This document shows positions 1 to 12,329 of a DNA stretch of 64,000 nucleotides, in pieces. Origin of the DNA: Octopus sinensis (lineage: Eukaryota); the NCBI RefSeq assembly GCF_006345805.1, contig NC_043005.1, positions 67,146,001-67,210,000 of the forward strand. Reading direction: 5' to 3'. How positions within the stretch are numbered: position 1 is the stretch's first letter; the number at the start of each line of letters is the position of its first letter. The position numbers were made by a program, and so were the translations under genes. The notes under the pieces were generated by a model that ran no database searches, was not told the origin of the DNA, and saw only the letters and a program-made list of their open reading frames with translations.

Positions 1-110
1 AATGTAAAGGATTTTTATGAAAAGTAACGATAGATATATACAATTATATGACCTGAGGTAGGAATAAAAGTAATAAAAATAATTTTTGTGAATTATTAAA
101 CAGATTCAAA

Positions 111-160
111 AGCATACTGGTTTCGTAAAATTGTTGATCACTGATTACTGAACAGTGTCA
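111..160 (-). ncRNA. Decayed hammerhead-like motif in the PLE 3' region
   Basis: Minus strand CTGTTCA-GTAA..TTAC-GAAAC-CA-GTA. Core has 2 mismatches to CUGAUGA and stem I is poor. Confidence 0.3.
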
Positions 161-318
161 GGTCTACTAGTCCGCGAATAAAAAGATTGTGTGAAGGGAG
201 GTAAGTAGTTCTGGATTTGGTGCAATTAGTGTAGACACAGATCTGTAATGTGAATGGTGTATGGGATGAATGGGGGTTAGTGGTGTTAATTGAAAGGTTA
301 GTAGTGTTCTGTATTGTG

Positions 319-1575
319 TTATCTGTTCATATTGAGTTGTGGAATATATTTATTGATGAAAGTTGCCTCTTTATTAATTGTTTGTTGTATTGAGTTGTTC
401 TGTGACCATTGATAAAAGGGGAAAATTAGGAAATTAGGATTAAGGCTCCTAGCACACATTTCTAAGCGTTCACTGAGCTGTATCTGTCTGTGTTGTGAGT
501 AGCGGATTTGTTCTTTATAGAGAGTTGTTCTTCGACGGTGTGATATTCCTGTTTGGCCAATATAATGATTACCACACACTAATGGCATAGATTAGATTTT
601 TCGAGGTACTGGTCAAATTTGATTTGATCTTAAATATTTCACCTTGTTTAAAGTGGAACTCTGAACCCTCCACAATATGGGGGCATGTACCGCAGTTAGG
701 TCGACCATATTTTTTCACTTTTGGTTCAGTTGTTCATGGAGATAGTCTTGCGTTGGTTAATTTTTTTTTTTATGATTTCGGTTGCATTTTGCTTTTGATA
801 ATTTTGTGTGAGCTTAACATTTTGTTCATTGTTTTATCTCCTGTGAGGATGGGGAGATTTTGGATGATAATGTTGAAGACTTTATTGTTTCTATGGTTAT
901 GTGTGGAGATGTATGGGAGTATTTTTAAGTCTGGTGTAATATTTCTGATGACTTCTCTCAATGTTCGTATATCTATTTCCTTAGCTCGTTTAATGCCATC
1001 ATTTATTACTGATATAGAGTAATATCTTGAATAGTATTGATCTGAATGTAGGAGTCTTCGTTCTCGGGTAGAGGTGTCCGAAACTATGGTACAGATTCTT
1101 TTCGCTAGATTAATATATATTTTAATTTTTATATGTTTTGGGTAGCCTGAGTTGAATAATAGGTATTGTTTAGAATCTGTGGGTTTATAGAAGATATCTG
1201 CTTCGATGTGGTTATTGACTATTTTAATTAGGATGTCAAGAAAGGGGAGGTGCTTATTGCTGTACTCCATGATGAATTGTATGTTGCTAATAATATTGTT
1301 AAGCATTATTTTGGAATCGAGGAGTTTGTCCATACTGTCTTTCCAAATTATAAAGCAATCATCCAAATAGCTCTTCCAGTTCTCCTTTAAATGGCAATGG
1401 AATGGGATGCCATATTTTTGTCGTGCCGATTGGTATATTTTAAGCTCTAGGTAACCCAATACAAGGTTCGCAATCACTGGAGAAGCTCGAGTTCCCATTG
1501 CAGTTCCGCATTATTGTCGATAGTAAACTGTATCGAACATGAAATAGTTCTGCAGTAGGATGAATTTGAGTGCTG
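319..1575 (-). mobile_element. Penelope-like retroelement, 5'-truncated RT + GIY-YIG endonuclease pseudogene (Neptune-like, clade not verified)
   Basis: RT motifs YRQ..GTAMGT..SP..ANL and YLDD in ORF 770-1498, with homology extending to ~1575. Linker GRPNCGTCPHI, then CGNHYIGQTG...KEATFINKYIPQLN (319-588). Stops and frameshifts present. Confidence 0.9.
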
Positions 1576-1644
1576 TGTGTCTATGTATGTCTATATATGT
1601 GGATATATGTGTGTGTGTGTGTGTAACACACACATACACACATA

Positions 1645-2933
1645 CGAGGGACGTTCAATAAGTAATGCCTCTGACCGACTTGCCGTTGTTTGATCTAGCT
1701 GAAATTTTGCATGTGCAATCATTTATATCTCTATAGAGTGAGTGGCAACTTACAGCTCTGAATTAATTGTGGTTTCTGATTAACAGGTGTTTGAACCGAG
1801 TCAAGTGTTAAATGGAGCCTGTTGACTGTCGAGCAGTGATCCGGTTTTTGTATTTGAAAGGACGCACACCACGGGAGACTTTTGATGAAATGAAAGTAAC
1901 TTATGGTGATGATGCCCCATCATATGACCTTGTAAAACGCTGGCATCGTGAATTCAAACATGGTCGGAACTCTGTGGAAACAGCTCCCAGATCTGGTCGC
2001 CCCCTTCTGCCATTGATGAGGCATCTGTCCGTCAAGTTGAGGCTGCCATTTTGGAAGATCGACGCATAATTATTCGCCAAATAGCCCATGAGGTCAAGAT
2101 TAGTACCGGGTCTGTGGAAACTATCATTCATGACCATTTGCATATGAAAAAGGTGTCTGCCAGATTGATTCCCAGGTTGCTCACGCCTTTCCAGAAGCAA
2201 GAACGCGTCGAGTGCTCGAGGGTGAATTTGGAGATGTGCCAAGAAGATGAGTCAAAATTTTTCAAAAGACTGATTACACAGGATGAAACCTGGGTCCATC
2301 ACGATGATCCAGAGACCAAAGCCCAGTCAATGCAGTGGAAGCAGCGTGACTCACCCCTCCAAAGAAGGCAAAGGTGCAGCCCTCCGCTGGCAAGATCATG
2401 CTCACAGTCTTCTGGGACTAGGACGGAATAGTGATGACAGATTTCCTGGCAAAGGGTACCACAATTACAGGAGCCTATTATGCTTCACTTTTGAGGAAAT
2501 TAAGAGAAGTTATCAAAATCAAGAGGCGGGGCAAGATCAGCAAAGGCATCCTCCTCCTGCAGGACAACGCTCCGGTCCACAACTCACCTGTCGCCAGATC
2601 AGAAGCACAGGCGTATGGCTACGAACTCCTCCCCATCCCCCCTAGTTTCCTGACCTTGCACTCTCTGATTTTCACCCCTTCCCAATCATGAAGTTGATTT
2701 TGAAAGGAAAGCGTTTCCCAGATGATGCAGCCTTGATTTCTGAAGTCACGTTGAGGTTGGAGGACCAAGCTGGGTTCTTCTACAAAAACGGTCTCCAGAG
2801 CCGCATCAAACGATGGGAGAAATGCGTAACTCTGGGTGGTTCCTATGTAGAAAAAGACTAATAACTGTGCCAAGTTTCGTTGCTCTACTGCTATGTGAAG
2901 TGGGTTAGGGGCATTACTTATTGAACGCACCTC

Positions 2934-2934
<1 letters not shown>
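1645..2934 (+). mobile_element. Full-length mariner transposon (irritans-like), 1290 bp
   Basis: TIRs cgagggacgttcaataagtaatgcc / ggcattacttattgaacgcacctcg, with TA on both sides. Confidence 0.95.
1812..2861 (+). pseudogene. Mariner transposase, frameshifted
   Basis: MEPVDCRAVIRFL..RSGRP, LIPRLL (WVPREL-like), TQDETW, LLQDNAPVH, KRWEKCV..GSYVEKD* spread over several frames. Confidence 0.93.

Positions 2935-2971
<37 letters not shown>
2935..2971. repeat. (TA)n microsatellite at the mariner right junction
   Basis: Direct reading. Confidence 0.95.
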
Positions 2972-2974
<3 letters not shown>

Positions 2975-3534
2975 CATGTATGTATTATATGTATACACAC
3001 ACAAATATATACACACTGTGTGCGTATAGTTTTCGATATCTGTGCTCATATGTTACCACAAATATCCATATACATGCATAGACAACAGCACACACATGCA
3101 CACATATACTGACTAGCATTGCTTTGTGAACATTAATATAGCAAAATACAACTTTCTATAAAAATGTCATGACCTGAATTTGACTGAACTCAAAACAAGA
3201 GCAAAATTCCCACAGCATCCCGGATTTAATTTCCCCACAACAAATATGTTAACCCTCAGCATTATTATGGCGCTCTTCATTCTATCTTTCAATATCACAT
3301 TCTCCCACACGACTACGTTCAAAGTGTACCTAAACCACACCCAATTATCACTTCACACGGCTCCATCAACGTAGAAAAAAACGACTTACCAAAGGCTATA
3401 TTGAGCTATAACGAACCCAATTATAACACAATTTCAGGAAGGCAAGCAAGCCATAACTACAAAGTCATTGTCGAAATATTTCTTCTGAAAGTTTCATAAA
3501 CATAGACGCTTCTTTCAGTTTAATGATAAATTGC

Positions 3535-3574
3535 TTATATATATCTGTACGTATGTATGATGTATATATATATA

Positions 3575-3616
<42 letters not shown>

Positions 3617-3669
3617 TGTATGTGTGTGTGTATATATATACGTATATATATCTGTACGTATGTATGATG

Positions 3670-3702
<33 letters not shown>

Positions 3703-3724
3703 ATGTGTGTGTGTATATATATAC

Positions 3725-3804
<80 letters not shown>

Positions 3805-4170
3805 TATATGTATTTGTGTACACCCGAGTAAAACATTATTACGTATATGTATATATGTATAAACTCACGCGTGTATACACGCACATACATACATATATTT
3901 CCAAATGACTATATATGTAAACATGCACACACCCACGCGCACACACACACACATATATATATATATATACATATTTTTACGTAGTTATAGATTTATATTT
4001 ATATATTTATACATATATATAGCTATATATATATTAATATAAACATATATACATACTTATATACCTTTTTATATATACACACACATATTTATATATATAT
4101 ATTATATATATATATATATATAAACATGTTTATATGTATACACACACACACACACACATACATATATATA
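3535..4170. repeat. Compound (TG)n/(TA)n/(CA)n microsatellite
   Basis: Direct reading. Confidence 0.95.
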
Positions 4171-5439
4171 TATAGTTATAGTTACAGATAGACAGAAAGA
4201 CAGGCAGATAGATGCATGCATAGATACATAGGAACCTAGATAGATATATTGTATGTATGTATGTATGTATGTATGTATGTACAGACCTTTCTGTTATTGT
4301 TTTGTCTGATGAATAATAACCGCCCTATGTTTTTTTAATCTGAAAATGGTTTTCAGGTTGTAATTCCTATTTATCTTTAATATCATATCACTCAAGAAGT
4401 GCTATTTGTCACGTAAACATTTGTTTGCTTAAGTAAAATAGGATTCGAGAAACACACACTGGAAATTGTATGAAAGTCATAACTCGTTTTTTATATTTTA
4501 TAAATACACAATCTTTTCCATCTAATTACGGTGCATATAACTTTCAATATTACAATGAAAATGTTGATATTCTCTTTTTATAATATATATATTTTATCAT
4601 ATCTATCTGAATATGTGTCCAACTTTAATTAGAATGTGTAATGTATATGTGTATGAATATTGCAAATATTATCTGGCACATTCAATTATGATATGTTTAT
4701 AGAATGATGTATTGCATGGGAAAGTAATCCCCAATATTCAGTTATTTAGAATGTTCCATTTAAGATAGATCCAATAAGAGCAAATACAATGTAAGAGAAA
4801 AAAGTGAAGAGAGATAAAATTGTTTGAAGGATAAATTAATGTGATAGCATTAAAAGAATAACCAAACACATATATACACTCCTACACCCATTTTCACACA
4901 AAAAGACAATATATGCACTAACGCACACATTACACCTCAAGTAAGTAATATAAAGCATCTTTCTCATTTCTTTCCAGAGCTACAACTGTCTATAATTCCA
5001 TTATTTTTCTCGTATGTTATGTTTTTACTACAGAATTTAAGCGATAAAAAGCAACCTGACCTCTGACTTCCAGTGCAGTTTCCATGCAGGATCCATTCTA
5101 TAGTAAATGAAAAAGCAATGAATTGTTTTTCTTCATGACGTGAGTGACGGCAATGCTGGTGCTCCTGACGTCCTCACTACCTTCATCTTTAAGTCTAACC
5201 TGTGAAATTTATAGACAGGTTTCCTGCTAATAAGATCTTCAGGTTTACGTCAGACAACCACACCTCTGTGATTTGTAGCAGCCTCTATTTCCCGGTCACA
5301 TTCATTCAAGTCGGGCAAAGTAAGGTTCAACTTTGTCACACTGACCCTTTATTTTGGATATCTCTCTTCCCATTGCTATATAGAAATGACAATACTCTTA
5401 ACTTACCCCCAATATTTTTCTAAATCACAGTTAAGGAAA

Positions 5440-6062
5440 AAGAAGTTAACTGTGCTGAAATCATCACTAAAAACGCATGTAGACATTTTTGAAAACGTTC
5501 AGTAAGGAATCCGATGCAACGACCGAAGCGGGTTTCACTGTGTCATGGAATATTCCAGCGCTAAACGGCCACATCCTGATGCTGAATTTGTAAAGAATGT
5601 AGCTGATGTTGCTGTTTTAAATCCAAATAATAAAAAAAAACTTAAACAACCAATAGCACGAACACCAATTTCACGCCACTCTACAGAAAGGCGTATCTTT
5701 CAGATCAGTGGTGTTGTTGCAAGCAAAATGCATAATGTTTTGAAAAATTCCCCCGTATTCAGTTTAGTGATTAACGAAACGACTGACATACATGGGAACC
5801 CAAAAATTGCAGTAGTTATTTATTACGTTTCTTCTGAGGTATTTGTGGAAACAAAACGTCAGATTTGGGGAAATTAAAAGAAATAATTCCTGGTGTTGAG
5901 ATTAAGAAAGAAGCGTTTGACAGACCCTTAGCCAATACTGGTGTTCTCTTGAATAAAATTGGTAGTGGTGTAACCTTCTACAATGATGGGGGTGGAAATG
6001 CGGGATTAACAGCACGTATGAAAATTGATCCCACCTTTCCAGTGTTTTTCCCTGTTCATTGA
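5440..6062 (+). pseudogene. hAT transposase fragment (GTF2IRD2/EPM2AIP1/ZBED-like group)
   Basis: TEAGFTVSWNI.SAKRPH.DAEFVK, PISRHSTERRI..IS, FSLVINETTDI (FSL.LDESTD-like), FPVH(C*) across frameshifts. Confidence 0.8.
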
Positions 6063-6064
6063 AG

Positions 6065-6280
6065 TGGAGGAGTGATGACTTAGTGTGTGGTTTCAATTCC
6101 AGGACCAAGCGACGCATTGTGTTCTTGAGAAGAACACTTCATTTCACGTTGCACAAGTCCACTCGAGTAGCACAAATGAATCATCCTTCAACGGAGCAGC
6201 GTCCCATCCAGGGGACGAATATATGTGCCAGAGAAACCTGGAAACCGACCATATGAATTTGTATTATTCAGGAACGACAT
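6065..6280 (-). mobile_element. SINE fragment
   Basis: Minus strand gagtggacttgtgcaacgtgaaatgaagtgttcttctcaagaacacaa matches the plus-strand segments at ~11780-11830 and ~43570-43600. Confidence 0.6.
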
Positions 6281-6879
6281 ATCATTTATCCTGTTCATTA
6301 TAGTATTATTCATCGTGAACAACTGGTAACCAGTTACATCTGTGCTTCAAATTGTAAATTCCATACGTTTAGTTAGGAAGACCATCCGATAATTCAGAAA
6401 TATTACTGAAAAACTGAAATTTTAAGAAAAACCTAGTGATATTTCTATATAATGCTGTGTGAGGTGCCTATCAACCAGTCATGTCGTGAGTAGGTTTGTG
6501 GGTCTGTTGTAGTCTATTATTAGTTTAAAAAACAAGCTTCTATCCTCAACTGATAAATGATGACTGGCTGTTAATCTGATGTTATTTACTGATATAATGA
6601 GGCATTATCGGTTACGCACAAAATGTATATGTAACATTTAAACACACACTTTTCTTTGAGTGATTTCATTCATAATACTACGGCCATGCTTCAGCACCAA
6701 CTTCAGGAATTTAGTCTATTATATCAATCCCAGTACTTATTGATTTCAAAGTTGCTATTTATTTTATCGATTTAAATTATGGAACATAAACACAGACACG
6801 GATTCAAACGCAAACACAGTGTAAATTTTGAATATGTTTAGCGGCTCTTCAACATCTGATCTTAGCGGATTTAGCTACT

Positions 6880-7560
6880 ACGTTAAGCAAGTTTGGCCAC
6901 CTCTGGGTTATATAATCATCCCAATTCTTAAATATATCCGTTCAATGCGTAAAAATTGCTCTGGCTCCAATATGCTTGGTATCGCAGCGACACCGTTTCA
7001 AGGAGGACACTCAAACCATAGTACACTAGAGATCCTATTCGGCACTCTCCTAGAACACCGCCCATAATGTGACATAATATGTGGTTGAGACTTCAGCAAG
7101 GTCATCAAGGATAAAACTATCATTGATATTGATGAAGCACCAATGACGATCAAGCCAGTTTATGAAGCAATGGTTCCCCCTTTTCAAGACGTTATGGCAG
7201 TTAATAACCCCATGAGTGGCATCCCCAAATTATTGTTTAGAGACTTCAAAAATTTCCTTCATGTATTTGAAAGTGACACAATGTCCAACATCTTCAATAT
7301 GAACCTGAAAACGTAGACGCTTTGCTGTCACATTGTTAACAGTAACTTGACTATTGACATGAGAAGCCACCAAAGTTAAATACTGTTACGGTTCTGATGA
7401 ATATGAAACCATCAAAAGAGGTGAATATATTGTCTTTCGATTCCATGCTAACAACATTAAAGTCATAAACTTCTGCGATAGAGTTACTGTCATTCTGCCA
7501 ATAATTCTACCGTCCAGAAAGTGAGATTACCTTCAAGTTTAAATTCTTTAAATTCTAAGA
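6880..7560 (+). pseudogene. Helitron RepHel PIF1-like helicase fragment
   Basis: ILKYIRS..GIAATPFQGGHSNHSTLEI (SSGIAATLL.GGRTAHS-like), then IIDIDEAPMT.KPVYEA..FQDVMAVNNPMSGIPKLLFRDF..FLHVF (IIDE..M, PFGG..GDF.Q.LPV-like). Confidence 0.8.
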
Positions 7561-7717
7561 AAGCCGTAGTTTGCTATAAATCAGGTACAAGCACAGAATT
7601 TAAAGTGATCTCGTACGTTTCTTGTTGACAATTATACATTTCAGCTCCTAGAACCCGAAATTTAGAGAGATTAATAAACACGGCTCCAGATTCACAAACG
7701 ATATATATAATTGTACA

Positions 7718-7853
7718 GTTCTATATTTAAGATATGAGTATTTATGTACATTATTTACATTATTTACATTAGACGGATATTTGTCCTCATCTTGTTTGTT
7801 GTTAACACAATGTTTCGGCTGATTTGCCTTCCAGTTCTCAATTCTAAGGTATT
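7718..7853 (-). repeat. Inverted partial copy of the tRNA/HHR SINE body
   Basis: Reverse complement matches 8080-8098 plus ~8140-8220, and the 3' tail also seen at 59730-59830. Confidence 0.85.
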
Positions 7854-7866
7854 ACTTATTTTATCG

Positions 7867-7990
7867 GGCATATGGCGTAGTGGTTCAGAGCGCGAGCTAC
7901 TAACGCTAAGATTCCGAGTTCGATTCCAAGCAGTGACAATAACAATAATAATAATAATTATTATTATTGTTATTATTATTATTATTATTA

Positions 7991-8025
<35 letters not shown>

Positions 8026-8220
8026 TTTATTATGATAATAACAACAACAGCAACCACAACAACAACAACAACATCAAACAATACCTTAGGAATGAGAACC
8101 CCGGTTCGAAATTTCCTCGAGACGCCTGATGAAGGCTAGAGGGTATAACAGCCGAAACATTGTGATAACAACAAACAAGATGAGGAAAAATATCCGTCAA
8201 ATGTAAATAATGTAAATAAT
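7867..8220 (+). mobile_element. tRNA-derived SINE with hammerhead-like 3' module (copy 1)
   Basis: A-box TAGTGGTT and B-box GAGTTCGATTCC (7867-7935), an (AAT)/(ATT)/(AAC) spacer, then CTGATGA-A-GGCT..AGCC-GAAAC-ATT-GTG at 8121-8166 and a tail of aatgtaaat repeats. Confidence 0.8.
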
Positions 8221-8600
8221 AACTATGATCTACCGAGATGTTTTATCAGATCGATACGCTTCTGAAACCAGTGAGTGGAGTTCAGATGTTCAGATATAAT
8301 TTATTGATAATAACATATTAGTTCAACATAGCTTAATTTTATTCTTAATTAGCCAAGAAGAAAAATCAACTTGTCGCTTAAGTATTTGACTGAGGTCAGT
8401 TAAAACAAGTTTGTAACATATTTCATCTTCTGAAGGCAAATTCACTGCAGTTACAGTGGACAAAAATATCTCACTTATTGTAAAAAGGTGTAAAACAAAC
8501 ACGAGATAGTGCTGCCCTCTGTCGGAATATCAGACGCGTTTCTAGCTCTTTAGGCGTTACCAATGGGAAATACCAACGCGTTATATATATATATATATAT

Positions 8601-8774
8601 AACGGGAAAGTTTACGAAAATAAACTAAAGATGAAGGCAGGTGGAGTACAAACAAACAAATGTATTAGTATATTAGTCTTTTACGTTTCGAGCCTACGCT
8701 CTTCGACAGAAAGATACACAGAAAAAAACAAGGAGAGAAAAAAATGCGTGAAGGAGCTAACGATCTATCATGGC

Positions 8775-8777
<3 letters not shown>
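8601..8777 (-). mobile_element. Short element between two (TA)n tracts with an HHR-like motif (8681-8715)
   Basis: Minus strand TCTTT-CTGTCGA-A-GAGC-GTAG-GCTC-GAAAC-GTA-AAAGA. Stems I and II pair perfectly; core position 6 is U. Confidence 0.6.
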
Positions 8778-8809
<32 letters not shown>

Positions 8810-8873
8810 TAAAAACGTTAAGATAACAAAATAAAGAGACCTCAATATTATGTAAATAGAGGAAATTTATCTG

Positions 8874-9070
8874 TAAAATAATATGTGACAATAATTCAAT
8901 AGCCAAGATAAAACTCTGAGTTTCGGATGCCGAGGTAGAAATCAACAACACCATCTCTTCAGTTATCTGGATGGCTAGATAACCGAAGAGATGGTGTTGT
9001 GGATTTCCACCTCGGCATCCGAATTCAGAGTTCTATCATGGCTATTGAATTATTGTCACATACTATTTTA
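8874..9070. repeat. Snap-back inverted repeat (arms 8874-8968 and 8977-9070)
   Basis: Arms are reverse complements with several substitutions and an 8-nt loop. The right arm has a mutated HHR core (CCGAAGA, GAATTC). Confidence 0.9.
8900..8977 (-). ncRNA. Type I hammerhead ribozyme, core intact
   Basis: TAGCCA-TCC-AGATAA-CTGAAGA-GATG..CATC-C-GAAAC-TCAGA-GTT-TTATCT-TGGCTA. Stem I is 6+6 bp with a 3-nt bulge. Confidence 0.8.
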
Positions 9071-9073
9071 ATG

Positions 9074-9245
<172 letters not shown>

Positions 9246-11059
9246 ACATAAAGAAAAGCACGTGGAGGGAGAAGGCACGTTAAAGAGAGACTTGGAAAGT
9301 ATTCCTTTCTTATACTAATAGCAAAATGTGCAATGAAAATGGAAACTGTCTCGTTGGATGACTTTCAAGCCAAGCAATGGAAAACCAGACCAAACATATA
9401 TAATATAATAATAATAATAATAATAATAATATATATATATATATGTGTGTGTGTGTGTATATATATTATATATATATGTGTTTGTATGTGTATGTGTGTG
9501 TGATATGAAATACGCATATGCCAATAAATGACAGCAAACTATTCTCCTTTAACAATATTGAAATTACATCAAAGTCTGTACGGCTATCTGGGCACTATCT
9601 GTCTGAACGTTATTCTATATGAAATAAAGTCAATAACATTGGAACATAAAAAAACATCTAACGGTCAGGATATCCGATTGCGATCTGACACAATAAGGAA
9701 TCGACAACGTCAACAAAATATAATCACTTATGATAAATAAATATCAGAACATAATAGGCTAGTTATGCAATTGTCTGTGGATATCGATTCGTTTTAGTTT
9801 GTTTCTGCCCAGAGATAGGCAGAGAAGTAAGCATTCCTCCTATCCCTCTTAAATGTTATACTGTATGCTACACTATTGCCAGTTCTTACGGTGATTGACG
9901 GCTCTTGATTCTAGTTCCACCAACTGAAGTGAGTAAGATGAGAACTGAGAAGAATCAATTTTCCCAAGTATTGATTCAAGTATTAAATGCATCTAGTTGT
10001 TCGATTTTATCGTTGATAATTGATACAAAAGGAAGAAAAAAATCCTGCAAACGGATATTATTACTTCTACAATAAATGTATCAATAAGTGTCAAACATAT
10101 TACATGATTCCAGAATGTCATAGATAAATATAAAAGAGATCAGATATTGATAAACAGGCTCATGAAATCAATAAAATGAAATAATATTGACGTATTTTTC
10201 AAGAATTTTGAAATATGATTACATGTTACTCCGCATTTTAAGCACAAATCTGAATCGTTTGAAAACTCACAAATACTCAGATACACTTAGAAATATCAAT
10301 ATATTTCTCTCTTCGTAATTTCAGATATCAAATTATGTATTCTGCCAAAATATTTGATGTAAATTAGATATGGTAATTTTCATTGTCCTACGCATACTAA
10401 ACCAAAATTTTTGGCTATTCTAAATTTACATGTCTTCTTTTCTGTTTCGCCTTGATCTTTTATGCTTCCTTTTCCTCTTAAAAGATAAGTGATATCTGGG
10501 AATTTTCTACTTAAACATCCTTGGTAGTTTCAGAAATCTGCATTATTCTGAAACTGTACAGTTCCATACTATATGTTTGTCGCCACGCAGTATGTGTTAC
10601 TGTATAATGTATTACAATGCAACAAGAATCAGTTAATCTTTTCTGTAGATTCTAAATACAAACTGCAGAAACGTAAATTTAATATATTATAATAGAGCTT
10701 CGATAAGAATGATAACGAGGACTAATTTTGAGTAAAATTCAGTAAGTAGAGAGAAATATAATCAATTTAAACTTTAGCAATATACGTTAATCATAGTTAC
10801 ATTGTCAATTTAACAATTACACATTCATTAGTCATTTTACTTAAATCCCGCACACAGGGAAATTTGAATATCATATAGATGTCTATTTATTTGTAAGCGG
10901 AGAAACCTTTGATGTAGGGAGCGCAAATTTTGGAAGGTAAAATATAAGTTGTTTCGTATTTTAGTAAATTTTGAAAATAAAATACAATAAAATGATATAT
11001 AGTATAATAGGGAAAATGAAAAGAGATGTAAAATGAAGTTTGAATAATAAATGAAAATA

Positions 11060-11480
11060 TATATCCCGGAAATCTGTGGGCGCAACATTTGTCTGATAAC
11101 ACACTATTTAAACGCTCATGTACCATTACCATCAAAACCAGCGTGCTGGTGATAATTAAAGAGTGCACATATCTCGGCGCCATCTTCCCAGACTTTCTCT
11201 CTCCAGAATCTGAGCTCAACAGACATGAAGCTTCAACACTAGTTTTGCATGTACAGCAGTCTGAAAGAAGAGTTACATATCAATGTAAACCAAGTTTGCA
11301 GTCTGAAATGTTTGCGACCTAAGCACACCCCTGTACGGCTGTGAAGCCTGTATCATCTATGCCAGAAACAAATCTTTCCTTTTCTGGAGAAAGGGGTCGC
11401 TTACACGGGATTTCGATGTCACATTCGTTGAAAGCATGCAAAATAACCTGGAAAAGGAAAACAAATCTACGAAACAAAAC
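11060..11480 (+). pseudogene. RTE-clade LINE RT C-terminal fragment
   Basis: KECTYLGAI..SELNR and LYGCEAC.IY motifs across frameshifts. Confidence 0.65.
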
Positions 11481-11639
11481 TCCGTTGCTGGGAAACTCAT
11501 ACGTTTACGGTGACCTAACAGGTCACGGGTTGTCTAGTCAATATATATTTATGCAGGTTATTCGGGATAAATTTGACAATTAGCATACCTTCAGTTTTTA
11601 GGAACAGCTTGATATCTTGTTGAACATATTTATGTATGT

Positions 11640-11885
11640 ATATATATTCGTTGAAGTAACGTAGAAGTGACTGAGCACAACAAAGCATACACGTAACGTA
11701 GTTTTCAGGGAGATTCAACGGTTCAAAGGACGTGGAAAGCCTGGGCCTTTGCAATACAGGCACTACTCAGTTTTAGCTGTTCAGAGGACTGGAGCAATGT
11801 GAAATATGGTGTCTTGCTCAAAGATACAAAGGGCCGCTGATAATCGAAATCACATACTTCCGATCGTGAGCCGACCACTGTAACC
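11640..11885 (+). mobile_element. SINE-like repeat fragment
   Basis: Homologous to 29540-29650 (acgtagttttcagggagatt...ggcctttgcaatacagg) and to 43560-43600. Confidence 0.6.
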
Positions 11886-11914
11886 AATAAAACACGCGCT
11901 TTTACATATATATA

Positions 11915-12065
11915 GAAAATATTCTTTTCTACTCTAAGCGTAAGGCCCGAAATTTGGAGAAAAGGGACCAGTGGATTAGATCAACTCCTGTACGCAAATG
12001 GCACTTAATTTATCGACCCCCAAAAGATGAAAGGCAAAGTCGAACTCGGCAAAATTTGAACGCAA
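11915..12065 (-). mobile_element. Major SINE family fragment
   Basis: Contains the reverse complement of gtcgactttgcctttcatc; homologous to 17635-17790. Confidence 0.7.
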
Positions 12066-12329
12066 TACAAATAGAAAAAAATATATATGCATATATGTAT
12101 GTTTGTGTGTTTATGTATGTATGTATGTATGTATGTATGTATGTATGTATGTATGTATGTATGTATGTATGCATGTATGTATGTATACCGTGTGTTCGGC
12201 CTACAATTCACAATGTTTCTATCTCTTTTAAGAAGGAACAGCTTGATAGTTTCCATTATGTGTTGGAGAACATATATATTGATGTTGCAGATGAAAGTTA
12301 ACTGATATGGAGGATGGAAAACCATCTAA

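Noticed and set aside
624-1022. 132-aa plus-strand ORF
   Set aside because: Antisense shadow of the PLE coding region.
2619-2930. Minus-strand ORFs over the mariner (also 1901-2242)
   Set aside because: Antisense to the transposase; no independent motif.
3480-3525. Minus-strand CTGAAAGA..GAAAC motif; similar GAAACG(C)GT-only relics at 8535-8560 and 16788-16825
   Set aside because: Too decayed to fold as an HHR without several assumed reversions.
5210-5245. Minus-strand CTGAAGA..GAAAC-CT-GTC
   Set aside because: No stem I and only a 2-bp stem II.
7394-7415. CTGATGA-ATAT-GAAAC
   Set aside because: No stem II; lies within the Helitron helicase remnant.
7867-7935. Bona fide tRNA gene (also 29780-29845, 59928-59985, 63165-63233)
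   Set aside because: Acceptor stem and terminator not recoverable, and each is embedded in a repeated SINE body.
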